A stretch of DNA of 64,000 nt from an uncultured Clostridia bacterium (GCA_934747255.1 CAKVGH010000006.1:8414-72413); one strand, 5' to 3'. Numbered from the stretch's first letter, positions 17,788 to 28,343 are shown. A program made the numbers and translations. Notes: a model not told the origin generated them from the sequence alone.

Positions 17788-18746
17788 TTACTTTTCTCCC
17801 CAAGTTCATTCCTGCAAGCAGTAAGTAGTGACTTAAAAGCACTATCGCCGTAGTCACACAATTTGCAACCTGCAGCTCTTAAATGTCCACCGCCGCCAAA
17901 AGTTTTTGCCACCTTTTCAGCTGAAAAGCCTTCTTTGGTTCTAACCGAAACCAAATATTCTTTTTCGCCCACTTGTGACATAAGTCCAGCAATTTTTACT
18001 GGTGCTAAATTTGTTAATTGGTCAGTAATACGATATGTATCCATAGCATTTGTGTTGGTTTTTTTGAAAATATCATCATCTAATCTACACAAACAAATTT
18101 GGTCATTGTTAAAAAAGCAAAATTTTGACAAGCCATATCTAAATAATTCAAACTCATTTTTTGACTCTTTTTGAAAAACATTATAGTTTAGGCTATTGTA
18201 ATCAAATCCATACGAAAATAATTCTGTAAGTGCCGAAAATAATTCCACATTCAAATTGCCATATAAAAATCTTCCAGTATCTGTTGCCATGCCTATATAC
18301 AAGCATTTGGCAATAACTTTGTCTAACTTTATTGATTTATACTTGAACATTCTAAACAGAATTAGGCAAACACTAGAACAATCTTCATCAAGATAATTTG
18401 TATCAGCAAAAAACTCAAAATCAGGATGATGGTCTATTGCAATAGAGTTTTTTATAGACTCAAATTTTTTTTGAAAAATGCCAAAGCGTTTTGTTGTTGG
18501 AGAGTCCAAACCTATTGCCAAATCAAACTTTAATTTTTTGGATACAATATGTTTTTCAATGCCCAAACTTCTATAATTTTTTGTGTATGGTTTTTGACAA
18601 AATATAGCCACATTTTTTCCCATTTTTTCTAGCACAAGTTTTAATGCAATACAACTACCAATAGCATCTAAATCGGCATTTATATGCGGAAAAAGAGCAA
18701 TGTTTGTTGCCTTATCTATCTTATCAAAAATATCGTCAAAAATCAT
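17784..18746 (-). CDS. nrnA: DHH/DHHA1 phosphoesterase (NrnA-like oligoribonuclease/pAp phosphatase)
   Basis: 320 aa with DHH motifs (HINADLDAIGS, DHH in AIDHHPD) and the DHHA1 motif GGGGHLRAAG. Confidence 0.75.
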   Translation of the reverse strand: MIFDDIFDKIDKATNIALFPHINADLDAIGSCIALKLVLEKMGKNVAIFCQKPYTKNYRSLGIEKHIVSKKLKFDLAIGLDSPTTKRFGIFQKKFESIKNSIAIDHHPDFEFFADTNYLDEDCSSVCLILFRMFKYKSIKLDKVIAKCLYIGMATDTGRFLYGNLNVELFSALTELFSYGFDYNSLNYNVFQKESKNEFELFRYGLSKFCFFNNDQICLCRLDDDIFKKTNTNAMDTYRITDQLTNLAPVKIAGLMSQVGEKEYLVSVRTKEGFSAEKVAKTFGGGGHLRAAGCKLCDYGDSAFKSLLTACRNELGEKSK

Positions 18747-18756
18747 TTGTTACCCC

Positions 18757-19104
18757 TTAGTTTTTATGAATTTTGTTGATTAAATTATCAATTTTTTGAG
18801 AATATTCCAAACTATCATCAAGATAAAAGTGTAGTTCGGGAGTTATTCTTAATTTTACATTATGAGCGACTTCTCGTCTTAAATAAGTAACGGAAGTTTT
18901 TAAGGCATTCAAAACTTTTTCCTTGTTATTATCTGGAAAAATACTAACATAAATCTTGGCGTACTTTAAGTCAGGTGTGGTATCAACTTTTGTAATTGTT
19001 ACCAAATAGCCTTTAATTTCTTCATTTTGCATATCATAAGTTAAAGTATGCGAAAGAGATTTTTGAATCTCCGCGTTAATAAGGTCCATTCTGTTTTTTG
19101 CCAT
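18757..19104 (-). CDS. rbfA: Ribosome-binding factor A
   Basis: 115 aa lying after infB. ...ITKVDTTPDLKYAKIYVS... is typical of RbfA. Confidence 0.9.
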   Translation of the reverse strand: MAKNRMDLINAEIQKSLSHTLTYDMQNEEIKGYLVTITKVDTTPDLKYAKIYVSIFPDNNKEKVLNALKTSVTYLRREVAHNVKLRITPELHFYLDDSLEYSQKIDNLINKIHKN

Positions 19105-19158
19105 ATTTATTCTCCTATATCAAACATTCTCGCCCTGAATTTAGCGAGAATGTAAGTG

Positions 19159-21624
19159 TTAATTTATTCTTTCTTTTATATAAGACTCAATAGTATCGAG
19201 TTCCTTGAAATCACTAAAACCATCAACTTTAATTCCGCATTCAAAAGTTTTGTTAACTTCCTTAACTTCGTCTTTTTGAATTTTTAAGCCTACGATTTGA
19301 CCTTCGTAAATCACTTTGTTATCACGAATAACTCTTGCATAATTATTTCGTGCAATTCTTCCATCTTGAACATAACAGCCCGCAATCACACCAGAAGATG
19401 ATAAGTTGAACACTTTTCTAACTTCTGCTCTACCAGTATTAACTTCTCTATATTTTGGAGCCATCATACCATTTATAGTTGCTTCAAGTTCTTCTATGCA
19501 CTCGTAAATAATATTGTAAGTTTTGATTTCTATTTTATCGTGCTCGGCAAGTTGTTTTGCCTTTGGCTCTGGACGGGTGTTAAATCCAATTATTAAAGCC
19601 TTTGATGCCTTTGCAAGCACAACATCGCTTTCACTGATAGCACCAACACCAGAGTGAATACATGTAATTTTAACTTCTTCGTTCTTGATTTTAGAAATTG
19701 ATTGTTTTAATGCTTCGGCAGAACCTTGAACATCGGCTTTAATGATAACATTTAGATTTTTAAGTGTTCCTTCTTTTGCCTTATTCATAAATTCTTCCAA
19801 ACTAACAGCAGAAGAAGCATTTACTTTTTCTTCCTTAATCTTGTTTTTACGCTCTTGAATTAAGAGTTTTGAAGTCTTTTCATCAACAACGGTTACTCTA
19901 TCGCCAGCACTTGGAACTTCATCAAGACCTAAAATAGAAACAGGAGTTGAAGGCTCTGCCTTTTTAACTTGACAGCCATTTTCGTCAAGCATCGCTCTAA
20001 TTCTACCAAACGCAGTACCAGAAACTACTGTATCGCCTACTTTTAATGTTCCATTTTGAACTAAAATAGATGCAACTGGTCCTTTACCTTTATCAAGTCT
20101 TGCTTCGATAACTGTACCAACAGCACTACGATTTGGATTTGCTTTTAAGTCAAGTACTTCGGCAACAAGGGTTATCATTTCAAGCAACTTGTCAATGCCT
20201 TGACCTTTTTTGGCAGCGATTGGCACGCAAATAGTATCTCCGCCCCATTCTTCTGCTAAAACATCGTGGTCGGCAAGTTCTTTCATAACTTTATCTGGAT
20301 TTGCTTCTGGCTTATCCATCTTGTTGATTGCAACAATCATTGGAACTTTTGCTGCTTTAATGTGGTTAATTGCTTCCACTGTCTGTGGCATAACACCATC
20401 ATCGGCTGCAACAACTAATACCGCTATATCTGTAATTTGAGCACCACGAGCACGCATTGCTGTAAATGCTGCGTGTCCTGGGGTATCAACAAAAGTGATT
20501 TTTTCGTTATTATATTTTACCGTATAAGCACCAATACTTTGAGTAATACCACCTGCTTCACCACTAACAACATTGGTTTTTCTAATAGCATCAAGAAGTG
20601 ATGTTTTACCGTGGTCAACGTGACCCATTACAGTAACAACTGGTGGGCGTTTTACCAAGAATTTTTCGTCTTCTTGTTCGTTTGCCTTTAATGCTTCTTC
20701 AAGCATTTGTTCTTGCGACTGTTGAATATTATTTTCAAGAGTAATGCCAAAGTCACTTGCAACAAGTTCAGCTGTGTCAAAATCAAGTTTACTATTGATT
20801 GTTGCCATAATACCTAAAATAAAGAGTTTTTTAACGATTTCTGCAACTGGTTTACCGATTTTTTCACTAAAATCTTTAACAGTCATTTTGTCACTTGTGA
20901 TTACAGCGTGGTCAATCTGCTTAATAATTTGTTCAACCTTTACTTCTTCTTTTCTCTTTGCCTTATATCTTCTTGCTAGTTTATCTTCGTCATCATCATC
21001 TTGTTCAGCAACATTAAATCTCATTTGAGCTTTTTTGTTCATTGACTTATGTTCTTGTGTGTTTTCGTGAGTCTTTTTCTTGTTGCCAAAATTTCGGTTT
21101 TGTTGGTCTTTCAAAATCGAATTCAAATCAATTTGTGGTTCTGTTACCTTTCTAAAATTAGGTTTGTTATTAAAAGGTTTTTGACCAAATTGTCCTGCTG
21201 GTTTTTGATTAAATGGTCTGTTTTGACCAAAATTTCTGCCATTTTGATTAAATCCACCATTTTGTCTATTGGCAAAATTAGGCTTGCCGTCTGGTCTGCC
21301 ATTATGACTATAATTTGTTGGTCGTTGAGATGAAAAACTATTTTGCTTGTTATCTCTACTTGCAACACTTGTTGATGGTTTTGCTTGGACAGGTGCAACA
21401 GGAACTACCTTTTCGGCTGGCTTAGGTTCTGCAACTTTTTTGTTTGCATTGATTTCCACTAACTTTGAATTAACTTTTTCAACAATACCGTCTAAAACTT
21501 GTTTTGCCTTTCTAATTTCATTAACAAGCGTAGAAAAATTGTTTGCGTTGCAAACTCCTGCCAATTTTTTCAAATTATCAATTTGTCCGTGTTGTTGTTT
21601 GTTTTCTGGTCTATTTTCTGCCAC
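19159..21624 (-). CDS. infB: Translation initiation factor IF-2
   Basis: 821 aa with a low-complexity N/Q/G/P-rich N-terminal region and the GTPase core [16 protein letters not shown]...DTPGH...NKMD. Confidence 0.95.
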   Translation of the reverse strand: MAENRPENKQQHGQIDNLKKLAGVCNANNFSTLVNEIRKAKQVLDGIVEKVNSKLVEINANKKVAEPKPAEKVVPVAPVQAKPSTSVASRDNKQNSFSSQRPTNYSHNGRPDGKPNFANRQNGGFNQNGRNFGQNRPFNQKPAGQFGQKPFNNKPNFRKVTEPQIDLNSILKDQQNRNFGNKKKTHENTQEHKSMNKKAQMRFNVAEQDDDDEDKLARRYKAKRKEEVKVEQIIKQIDHAVITSDKMTVKDFSEKIGKPVAEIVKKLFILGIMATINSKLDFDTAELVASDFGITLENNIQQSQEQMLEEALKANEQEDEKFLVKRPPVVTVMGHVDHGKTSLLDAIRKTNVVSGEAGGITQSIGAYTVKYNNEKITFVDTPGHAAFTAMRARGAQITDIAVLVVAADDGVMPQTVEAINHIKAAKVPMIVAINKMDKPEANPDKVMKELADHDVLAEEWGGDTICVPIAAKKGQGIDKLLEMITLVAEVLDLKANPNRSAVGTVIEARLDKGKGPVASILVQNGTLKVGDTVVSGTAFGRIRAMLDENGCQVKKAEPSTPVSILGLDEVPSAGDRVTVVDEKTSKLLIQERKNKIKEEKVNASSAVSLEEFMNKAKEGTLKNLNVIIKADVQGSAEALKQSISKIKNEEVKITCIHSGVGAISESDVVLAKASKALIIGFNTRPEPKAKQLAEHDKIEIKTYNIIYECIEELEATINGMMAPKYREVNTGRAEVRKVFNLSSSGVIAGCYVQDGRIARNNYARVIRDNKVIYEGQIVGLKIQKDEVKEVNKTFECGIKVDGFSDFKELDTIESYIKERIN

Positions 21625-21649
21625 AAATTTCTCCTTTTATTAGCGTATG

Positions 21650-21898
21650 CTAACTTTTCAAATTCTTTACTATATTATCTAAATTTTCTTTACTAATATT
21701 TTTTTTGAATAATTTATTTAATGCCTTTGATTTTTCAAGAGCATCAGCACATTCATTCTTTTTGCAAATATATGCTCCACGACCATTAAGTTTTTTATCT
21801 TTTTGAACTATAACAAGTCCTTGATTGTCAACTACAAGTCGTATCATTTTTTTTTGCTCGTTTTTTTGTCTACAAACTATACAAGTTCTCTCTACCAT
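21650..21898 (-). CDS. ylxR: YlxR/RnpM family RNA-binding protein (DUF448)
   Basis: 82 aa. RTCIVCRQK...GRGAYIC is the YlxR signature. It lies between nusA and infB. Confidence 0.85.
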   Translation of the reverse strand: MVERTCIVCRQKNEQKKMIRLVVDNQGLVIVQKDKKLNGRGAYICKKNECADALEKSKALNKLFKKNISKENLDNIVKNLKS

Positions 21899-21900
21899 TA

Positions 21901-23028
21901 CTATTCTTCGTCCTTAAACATATCTTCAAGGTCAAGAGTTTCGTCAAACTTGAATTCGTCTGTATGTGAGACAGTTGGTTTTTGTGCTTCAATCTTTTTG
22001 TTAGCACTTTCAGACTTAACATCAATTTTGCAGTGAGCAAGTCTAGCAGCAAGTTTAACATTTTGTCCTTGTTTGCCGATTGCAAGTGATAGTACATCGT
22101 CAGGAACGATTGCTTTTGCTTGACCTTCGCCAATCATTTCAACACTAATAACTTTTGCTGGACTTAATGCCCTTTCAACAAATACTGCTGGGTCATCACT
22201 GTATTCAACAATATCAATTTTTTCACCGTTTAGTTCGTTAACGATATTGTTAATTCTCATTCCCTTATTACCAACGCAAGCCCCAATCACATCAAGATTT
22301 GGATTGTTTGATGAAACTGCAATTTTTGTTCTTGAACCTGCTTCTCTTGATATAGAGTTGATAACTACTTCGCCATTTTCAATTTCTGGAACTTCAAGTT
22401 CAAACAATTTTTTAACAAAATTGACATTTGCTCTTGAAACTTGAACGAGAGAACCTTGGAAATCTTCTGGGATTTTTTTAACATAAACTTTAATTCTATC
22501 GCCAATATGGTATTTTTCGCCGGGAATTTGGTCTTTTTCGCCCAAAACTGCTTCGGTTGAGCCAATCTCTACAAACACATTTTTGCCATCTATTCTCTTA
22601 ATAACAGTTGTAATTAACTGGTCTTCTTTTTCGGCAACTTCGCTTAATGTGATAAGTTTTTCGGCTTCTCTAATTTTTTGCATAACAACTTGTTTTGCTG
22701 TTTGTGCTGCTATTCTACCAAAATCTTTTGGTGATTCCAATTGAGAAACAGTATCTCCAACTTTATATGAAGATTTAATTTGCTTTGCTTCTTCAAGTGA
22801 AATTTCTTTATCTGGGTCTGTTACTTCTTCCACAACAGTTTTATAACTATAAATTTTGATTGTGTGTTTTTCTGGGTCTAGTTTTACTTCCGCACTCTTT
22901 GCTTCACCATAATTCTTTTTGTATGCTGATGTTAATGCTGTTTCTAGTGCCTCGATAAACACTTCCTTTTTAATCTTTCTTTCTTGCTCAAATAATTCCA
23001 AAGCTTCAAAGAAATCTTTACTAATCAT
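21901..23028 (-). CDS. nusA: Transcription termination/antitermination factor NusA
   Basis: 375 aa with the N-terminal domain, S1, and two KH domains (ACVGNKGMRINNIV, AIGKQGQNVKLAARL). Confidence 0.95.
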   Translation of the reverse strand: MISKDFFEALELFEQERKIKKEVFIEALETALTSAYKKNYGEAKSAEVKLDPEKHTIKIYSYKTVVEEVTDPDKEISLEEAKQIKSSYKVGDTVSQLESPKDFGRIAAQTAKQVVMQKIREAEKLITLSEVAEKEDQLITTVIKRIDGKNVFVEIGSTEAVLGEKDQIPGEKYHIGDRIKVYVKKIPEDFQGSLVQVSRANVNFVKKLFELEVPEIENGEVVINSISREAGSRTKIAVSSNNPNLDVIGACVGNKGMRINNIVNELNGEKIDIVEYSDDPAVFVERALSPAKVISVEMIGEGQAKAIVPDDVLSLAIGKQGQNVKLAARLAHCKIDVKSESANKKIEAQKPTVSHTDEFKFDETLDLEDMFKDEE

Positions 23029-23067
23029 TTTTATTCTCCTTAACTAAATTATCCCTAATCAAACTTT

Positions 23068-23091
23068 AAGCACGGGTGTTTGCCCGTGCTT
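23068..23091 (-). promoter_or_regulatory. GC-rich hairpin in the nusA 5' leader
   Basis: A 9-bp stem aagcacggg/cccgtgctt with a 6-nt loop lies about 40 nt upstream of the nusA start, in otherwise AT-rich DNA. No clean U-run follows it on either strand. Confidence 0.3.
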
Positions 23092-23368
23092 ATCATAACT
23101 AGTCTATAACAATATAACACATACTTACTTTAATTGCAACTATTTTTTACATTTTTATAATAAATTATAAAGCAAACAAAATTTGCGTTCGTTATTAAAC
23201 TAATTTGCCTTTATTTTTTATGTAACATAACAAAAATGTTTTTTTATAAAAAATTAAGTCAACTATAATTGTTGGATTTACAAATTATTTTTATAATACT
23301 TATTTTTCATTACAATTTGCATTTTAATTTGTAATAACAAAAACTAAAATTTCAAAACTAGTCTATAA

Positions 23369-23401
23369 TAAAAATCCACCAGTGTACCTGGTGGATTTTT
23401 A
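23369..23401. terminator. Bidirectional terminator-like hairpin with no gene feeding into it
   Basis: atccaccag-tgtac-ctggtggat (23374-23396) is flanked by A5 and T5 runs. Confidence 0.55.
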
Positions 23402-23558
23402 TTATAAATTTTAGAAAAGTTTTTAAAAAATTTTTATGTTCTTTCTTTTACTCCCATCAAACAGCAATATTTTGTTTTGTGTTGACGAAACATATTTAAT
23501 TGAAATACAATATAGACAATAAAAAAATATTTGTTTAATTGAGGAGGGCGATTTAATT

Positions 23559-24404
23559 ATGAAAAATGTTGCAATAAATGTGAACATAAACAATTACAAT
23601 GCTTCACCATTTGATACAATAAACTCTATAAAAAAAGCTGGATTTACCAATATTTTTATTAACTGGAAAAATTATGTTGGAAAAGACGGAACTATAATAA
23701 CTGGTGAAGAACAATTTATGTATGCAAAAAACAAGGGGCTAAATGTAATTTTTGTACATTTACTTTGTCCTAGAATGTTTGAAGTATGGGATGAGAATAC
23801 AACATTAGAATTTGATAAAAAATTTGAAGTTTTCAAAAAGGATATAGACGATTGTCAAAGATGTGGAATACATCTTGCTGTCATGCATATTAACGGTGGT
23901 TGGGAAACAGAATCACATATTACCGATGTGGGATTAAATAGATTACAAGATATGATATATTATGCGAACAATAAAGGCATTACAATTGCAATGGAAAACG
24001 CCAACTCATTACCTGGTGGATATTTAGAAAGTGCAATAACTAATTTGACATGCAAAAACTTTGGAATTTGTTATGACTCTGGCCATGCCAATTGTAATCC
24101 TTATGGCACAAAAATGAATTTTTCATTGTTTAAAGACAAAATCCTTGCGGTACATTTACATGATAATCATGGCAAATTTGAAAATGGTCCAAATGGCGAA
24201 GATAGAGATGAACATTTGTTTCCGTTTGATGGAAATGTAGATTGGAATAATATATTAAAAAATTTGAAAAATTGCAACTATCAAGGTCCAGTAACTCTTG
24301 AGTTGCATTATGATAAGCCATATTTAAATATGACAATAGATGAATTTTATGCAAAGGCTTATGAACTGGCAAAAAAACTTGAAGATATGTCTGATAAAAC
24401 ATAA
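23559..24404 (+). CDS. Sugar phosphate isomerase/epimerase-type TIM-barrel protein (xylose isomerase-like/AP endonuclease 2 fold)
   Basis: 281 aa with a GAGGAGGG RBS. ...ITIAMENAN..., YDSGHANC, AVHLHDN and VTLELH are the metal-ligand motifs of this fold. It is one of only a few plus-strand genes. Confidence 0.65.
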   Translation: MKNVAINVNINNYNASPFDTINSIKKAGFTNIFINWKNYVGKDGTIITGEEQFMYAKNKGLNVIFVHLLCPRMFEVWDENTTLEFDKKFEVFKKDIDDCQRCGIHLAVMHINGGWETESHITDVGLNRLQDMIYYANNKGITIAMENANSLPGGYLESAITNLTCKNFGICYDSGHANCNPYGTKMNFSLFKDKILAVHLHDNHGKFENGPNGEDRDEHLFPFDGNVDWNNILKNLKNCNYQGPVTLELHYDKPYLNMTIDEFYAKAYELAKKLEDMSDKT

Positions 24405-24441
24405 TCAAATAGATAAGGAGTAACTATGAAATTATTAAAAT

Positions 24442-24477
24442 AAAAAAAGTTTTTCATTGCTGAAAAACTCATTTTTT
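24442..24477. terminator. Bidirectional intrinsic terminator between convergent genes
   Basis: The 9-bp stem agtttttca/tgaaaaact (24448-24469) is flanked by an A-run and a T-run. Confidence 0.7.
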
Positions 24478-24483
24478 ATCTTG

Positions 24484-26016
24484 TTACTTCTTATCTTGAT
24501 AATTTTCGATAAGTTTTACAAACACCTTTGCTGTTGCAATTGTATCGTTAACTGCCCTATGTGCGCCAATCAAACTCACACCCAAAAAATCGCAAACAGT
24601 TGACAACTTAAAATGCTTTAATTGTCCCAAATACTTTTGAGCAAGAATCATTGTATCTTGCGTTAGATTATCAATTATATAGCCAAGTGGCTTTGCGTGA
24701 TAAGATATGAATGGCAAGTCAAAACTAATGTTATGAGCAACTAGTGTCGAGCCCTCAATAAACTTGAAAAAATCAGGAAAAACTTGTTTGAAAACTGGTG
24801 CGTCTTTCACCATTTCATCAGTAATATTATTTGTAGCGGTTGCATCTTCTGGAATGTGCATTTCTGGGTTCACAAAAGTTGAAAACAACTCGGTAATTCT
24901 ACCATTTACAACCTTTACCGCACCGATTTCAATAATTTTACAAGTTTGATAATTTAATCCAGTTGTTTCTAGGTCGAACACCACAAAAGTGTTGTTTTTT
25001 AAGTACTCACTTTTTATTTCACTAGATGTGTCCAAAAAGTTAATTTGTTCCATTTGAATATATGGTTCTGGCTTGACGATTTTGTAATGTGAACTTGCTT
25101 TTTTAAGTTGTTTTTTTGGATAGTCAAACTTACAAAGAGCAAGCGCACGAACTCTTAAACTCAAATTACCCCTAAACTCATCAATATCAGCAATAACTAA
25201 AACTTTTTGACCATTTTCGAGATTTTTTAAGTCTTCGCCATTTTTCAAAAAACAAACTGCTTCAAGTTGCATTTCTTGGCTATGTAATGAAAATTTGTAG
25301 TACTTTGATTGTTTTTGTTCGCCGTCAACTTCCTTATTTCTAGCAAACTCGCTGTAATCAAAAAATTCGCCAGCAACTGCAATATTTTTAGTACCACCAA
25401 CCACTTGTTCTGGCAAAATTACGGTGGAATATTCAGGCATTTTGCCAAGGTATGGCTTTACAAATGAAACTTTCATATTTGTATTTTGTTCAAAATCATC
25501 TTCCATAAAATCTTGTCGTCTAAAATCTAAAATGTTGCTATTTTGATTTTGAATTTGCTCATAAGAATAATTGATTGAATTAAAACTGCAACAAGCCAAA
25601 GTGTTTTCCATTTGCAAGGCAAAATCTTCCATTTCCAACTTGCTTGGCAAACTAGAATAGTAATATAGTTTTACATTCAAAGATTTATCAACTACTTCTA
25701 TAATGGTTTTATCAACATCAAAAACTGTGTTATAAAGTTTGTTAGACATTAAAAACTTTTTTACAAGTGTTAAAATATAATCTGTTGTAATGATTTTTTG
25801 CTTAACCTTTACGCAAGTTTTACATTTTTTTTCAATATATTCATTAACTATATTATTTAATAATTCCAGTTTTTCGCCCACATAACTATCGCTAATAGGA
25901 GAACTAAAAGTCACTTGCAAAAGGTTGTCATTTGAAAGAAATTTTGCACCAAAAAACTGCAAATCACTAAATTCGCCTGAGTTTTTTGTATAGATATAAT
26001 CTAAAATTTTTTCCAA
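24484..26016 (-). CDS. PolC-like N-terminal domain + OB fold + DEDDh 3'-5' exonuclease, with no PHP or polymerase domains
   Basis: 510 aa. Exo motifs: FVVFDLETTGLN (ExoI), LVAHNISFDLPFI (ExoII), HRAVNDTIATAKVF (ExoIII, DEDDh). These are strongly PolC-exo-like. They are preceded by an OB-fold-like block (NIAVAGEFFDY...LVIADIDEFRGNLSLRV). It lies right after rseP, where polC lies in Bacillus. Confidence 0.7.
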   Translation of the reverse strand: MEKILDYIYTKNSGEFSDLQFFGAKFLSNDNLLQVTFSSPISDSYVGEKLELLNNIVNEYIEKKCKTCVKVKQKIITTDYILTLVKKFLMSNKLYNTVFDVDKTIIEVVDKSLNVKLYYYSSLPSKLEMEDFALQMENTLACCSFNSINYSYEQIQNQNSNILDFRRQDFMEDDFEQNTNMKVSFVKPYLGKMPEYSTVILPEQVVGGTKNIAVAGEFFDYSEFARNKEVDGEQKQSKYYKFSLHSQEMQLEAVCFLKNGEDLKNLENGQKVLVIADIDEFRGNLSLRVRALALCKFDYPKKQLKKASSHYKIVKPEPYIQMEQINFLDTSSEIKSEYLKNNTFVVFDLETTGLNYQTCKIIEIGAVKVVNGRITELFSTFVNPEMHIPEDATATNNITDEMVKDAPVFKQVFPDFFKFIEGSTLVAHNISFDLPFISYHAKPLGYIIDNLTQDTMILAQKYLGQLKHFKLSTVCDFLGVSLIGAHRAVNDTIATAKVFVKLIENYQDKK

Positions 26017-26040
26017 ATTTTCTCCTTTGTTTAACTAAAA

Positions 26041-27360
26041 TCAAAAGCCAAATATCTTTGCTATTATTTGATAAATATCGGCGGCAAACACAAGCCCAAG
26101 TAAGACAAAAAAGCCTATGTTGTGAATCAAATTTTCCGTTTTTTGACTAAATAATGGCTTGCCTTTGATCCACTCAATAGTGGTCAAAAGCATTTTACTG
26201 CCGTCAAGTGCTGGAATTGGCAACCAGTTGAACACGGCAAGGTTAGCAGCAATTAAAGGTAAAAGCACCAAGAAATAAGATAAACTTTGACTTGATAAAC
26301 TTGCAATTGTGCCTATTGTATAAATTGGTCCGCCAACTTGTGTTAGTCCTTTACCCACAATTAGTTGACCTAATGCTTGCAAAACTTTCCACGAAAAACC
26401 AAATGTATATGGAACACATCTAACAAGTGATTCGCCAAAACTAAATCTATATGCCGTACTGCTAACACCTATTGCTTTTGCATAGTTGCCGTCAGCGTCC
26501 TTAAAGCCTGTATCGTAATAATTAAGAACCAAATCTTTAATCTCACCGTTTCGCTTTACTGTTAAAGTTACAGTAGATTCACTTGAACCATCTGTGATTA
26601 AAGAATTAAAAGTATTGTCTTTAATAAAATCTATGGCTACACCATTGATTTTGTAAATTACATCATTTTTTTGTAGTTTATCATCGGTCGTACCAGCATT
26701 TGAATGTTTTGTAACTTTAACCATAGGATAAAATGTTTCTTCATTATCATTATCTGTCTTTCGTTTAACTGTTAAAGTATATTCATCATTTATACTTTCT
26801 TTTTGAGATAAAACAGATGCCAAATAATCTTTTGTAACACCTATTGAATTGTTTGAATTTTTAATATCATCGCCGTTAACCTGCATAATGATATCTTTAT
26901 CTGTAAATTCAAATGGAACGGTTGTATAACCACCTACTGAATTAACTACATACACACTATCAATTCTAACAACATCATTAACAGAATATACTTGTGGAAC
27001 ATCATAACCAACACTCACAAGCATAATAAAACTAAAAATAATTGCTGATATAAAATTGAAAAAAGCACCATTAAAAAGAACAATTAGTCTTTTCCAAGGC
27101 TTTTGTTTAGTAAAAGCACCACTATTATCGCTATTATCTTCTTCGCCTTCAAAGGCACAGTAGCCACCCAGTGGAACTAATCTAATAGAAAAAATTTCTC
27201 CACTTTTGCACTTTTTAGAAAATAGGCTTGGACCAAAACCAATCGAAAACTCGTTGATTTTGAAGCCAAGCATTTTTCCAGCAACATAGTGACCAAATTC
27301 GTGAATTGTCACCATCATCAATAAAACTAAAAGTGCAAGTAAAATATAAAGTACTATCAA
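26041..27360 (-). CDS. rseP: RIP metalloprotease RseP/RasP (M50 site-2 protease)
   Basis: 439 aa with the HEFGHY zinc motif in TM1, PDZ-like middle region(s), and a C-terminal NxxPxPxLDG-type motif (NWLPIPALDG). Confidence 0.9.
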   Translation of the reverse strand: MIVLYILLALLVLLMMVTIHEFGHYVAGKMLGFKINEFSIGFGPSLFSKKCKSGEIFSIRLVPLGGYCAFEGEEDNSDNSGAFTKQKPWKRLIVLFNGAFFNFISAIIFSFIMLVSVGYDVPQVYSVNDVVRIDSVYVVNSVGGYTTVPFEFTDKDIIMQVNGDDIKNSNNSIGVTKDYLASVLSQKESINDEYTLTVKRKTDNDNEETFYPMVKVTKHSNAGTTDDKLQKNDVIYKINGVAIDFIKDNTFNSLITDGSSESTVTLTVKRNGEIKDLVLNYYDTGFKDADGNYAKAIGVSSTAYRFSFGESLVRCVPYTFGFSWKVLQALGQLIVGKGLTQVGGPIYTIGTIASLSSQSLSYFLVLLPLIAANLAVFNWLPIPALDGSKMLLTTIEWIKGKPLFSQKTENLIHNIGFFVLLGLVFAADIYQIIAKIFGF

Positions 27361-27406
27361 AATAAACTCCTTGATAAAATTATATTCAACTTTTCAAAAA
27401 ATATAA

Positions 27407-28333
27407 TTAAAATATTAAAGCAAAAACAATTAAACTAAATAGTGCGTTAAAAGCTAGTCCATCGCACCTATCCATAAATCCACCGTGACCTGGGAAAATT
27501 GTACTAAAATCTTTTGTTCTTGCTGTTCGTTTTAGCCACGAAGCGAATATATCGCCTGCTTGTGAAACTACTGACGCAATTAAACTATAACCTACCATTA
27601 GCCAAATTGATAATTTTGCATCTGCAAAAATAGTTGCAAAACTGCCAACATTTAAGAATACAAAGTACAACACAATACAGCCAATTACTGAGCCAATTAA
27701 CCCACCTATTGCACCAGAAATAGTCTTGTTTGGACTAATATATGGGCAAAGTTTTTTACCCTTAATAGTTGAGCCAACAAAGTATGCACAAACATCTGTT
27801 AACATTGTTGAAATAAACACAACTAATAGTACAAAAAAGCCAATCATACTATCACTTGATGCTGTTAAGCCAAAATCTGTCAAGTGGTTAATGTAAAATA
27901 GTGAACTTAAAATCAAACTTGGGTATGCAAAAACCATCATAGATAGTAATGTTTTTTTAATAACATAATCACTTGGTTTTTCGTCCGCTAGCAACTCCTG
28001 TTTCTTTGCTTTTTTATCAAGCAATGTCCACAAAAATGCACCCATTGAAAATAACACAAAAAGTGCTAATTCTATAAGTAAAACATAAACAAATGATAGT
28101 TTGAAATATACTCCCAAAAGTATTGTTAAAAATACTGTTACTGGAAAAATTGTTCCAAGTGTCATATTGTTGTATCTACCACTACGATTGAACACTTTTG
28201 ATACTTCTCCTGCACCGCAAACCATAATAATTGCAATCATTATATCAAAGATATAAGGACTAACAAATCTTAATCCAAAAAAACCAGCACAGATAAGTCC
28301 AATAATACTACCCGTAATTACTCTCGTTTTCAT
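27407..28333 (-). CDS. cdsA: Phosphatidate cytidylyltransferase
   Basis: I prefer the start MKTRVITGS, which has an AAGGAG RBS. It is polytopic, with the C-terminal signature ...SWLKRTARTKDFSTIFPGHGGFMDRCD. Confidence 0.9.
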   Translation of the reverse strand: MKTRVITGSIIGLICAGFFGLRFVSPYIFDIMIAIIMVCGAGEVSKVFNRSGRYNNMTLGTIFPVTVFLTILLGVYFKLSFVYVLLIELALFVLFSMGAFLWTLLDKKAKKQELLADEKPSDYVIKKTLLSMMVFAYPSLILSSLFYINHLTDFGLTASSDSMIGFFVLLVVFISTMLTDVCAYFVGSTIKGKKLCPYISPNKTISGAIGGLIGSVIGCIVLYFVFLNVGSFATIFADAKLSIWLMVGYSLIASVVSQAGDIFASWLKRTARTKDFSTIFPGHGGFMDRCDGLAFNALFSLIVFALIF

Positions 28334-28343
28334 TTTTTCTCCT

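Noticed and set aside
24415-24443. A five-codon mini-ORF (MKLLK) with a perfect AAGGAG RBS just after the TIM-barrel gene. It could be a leader peptide.
   Set aside because: It is followed directly by a terminator, and no downstream plus-strand gene exists for it to regulate. It is most likely a chance occurrence in AT-rich sequence.
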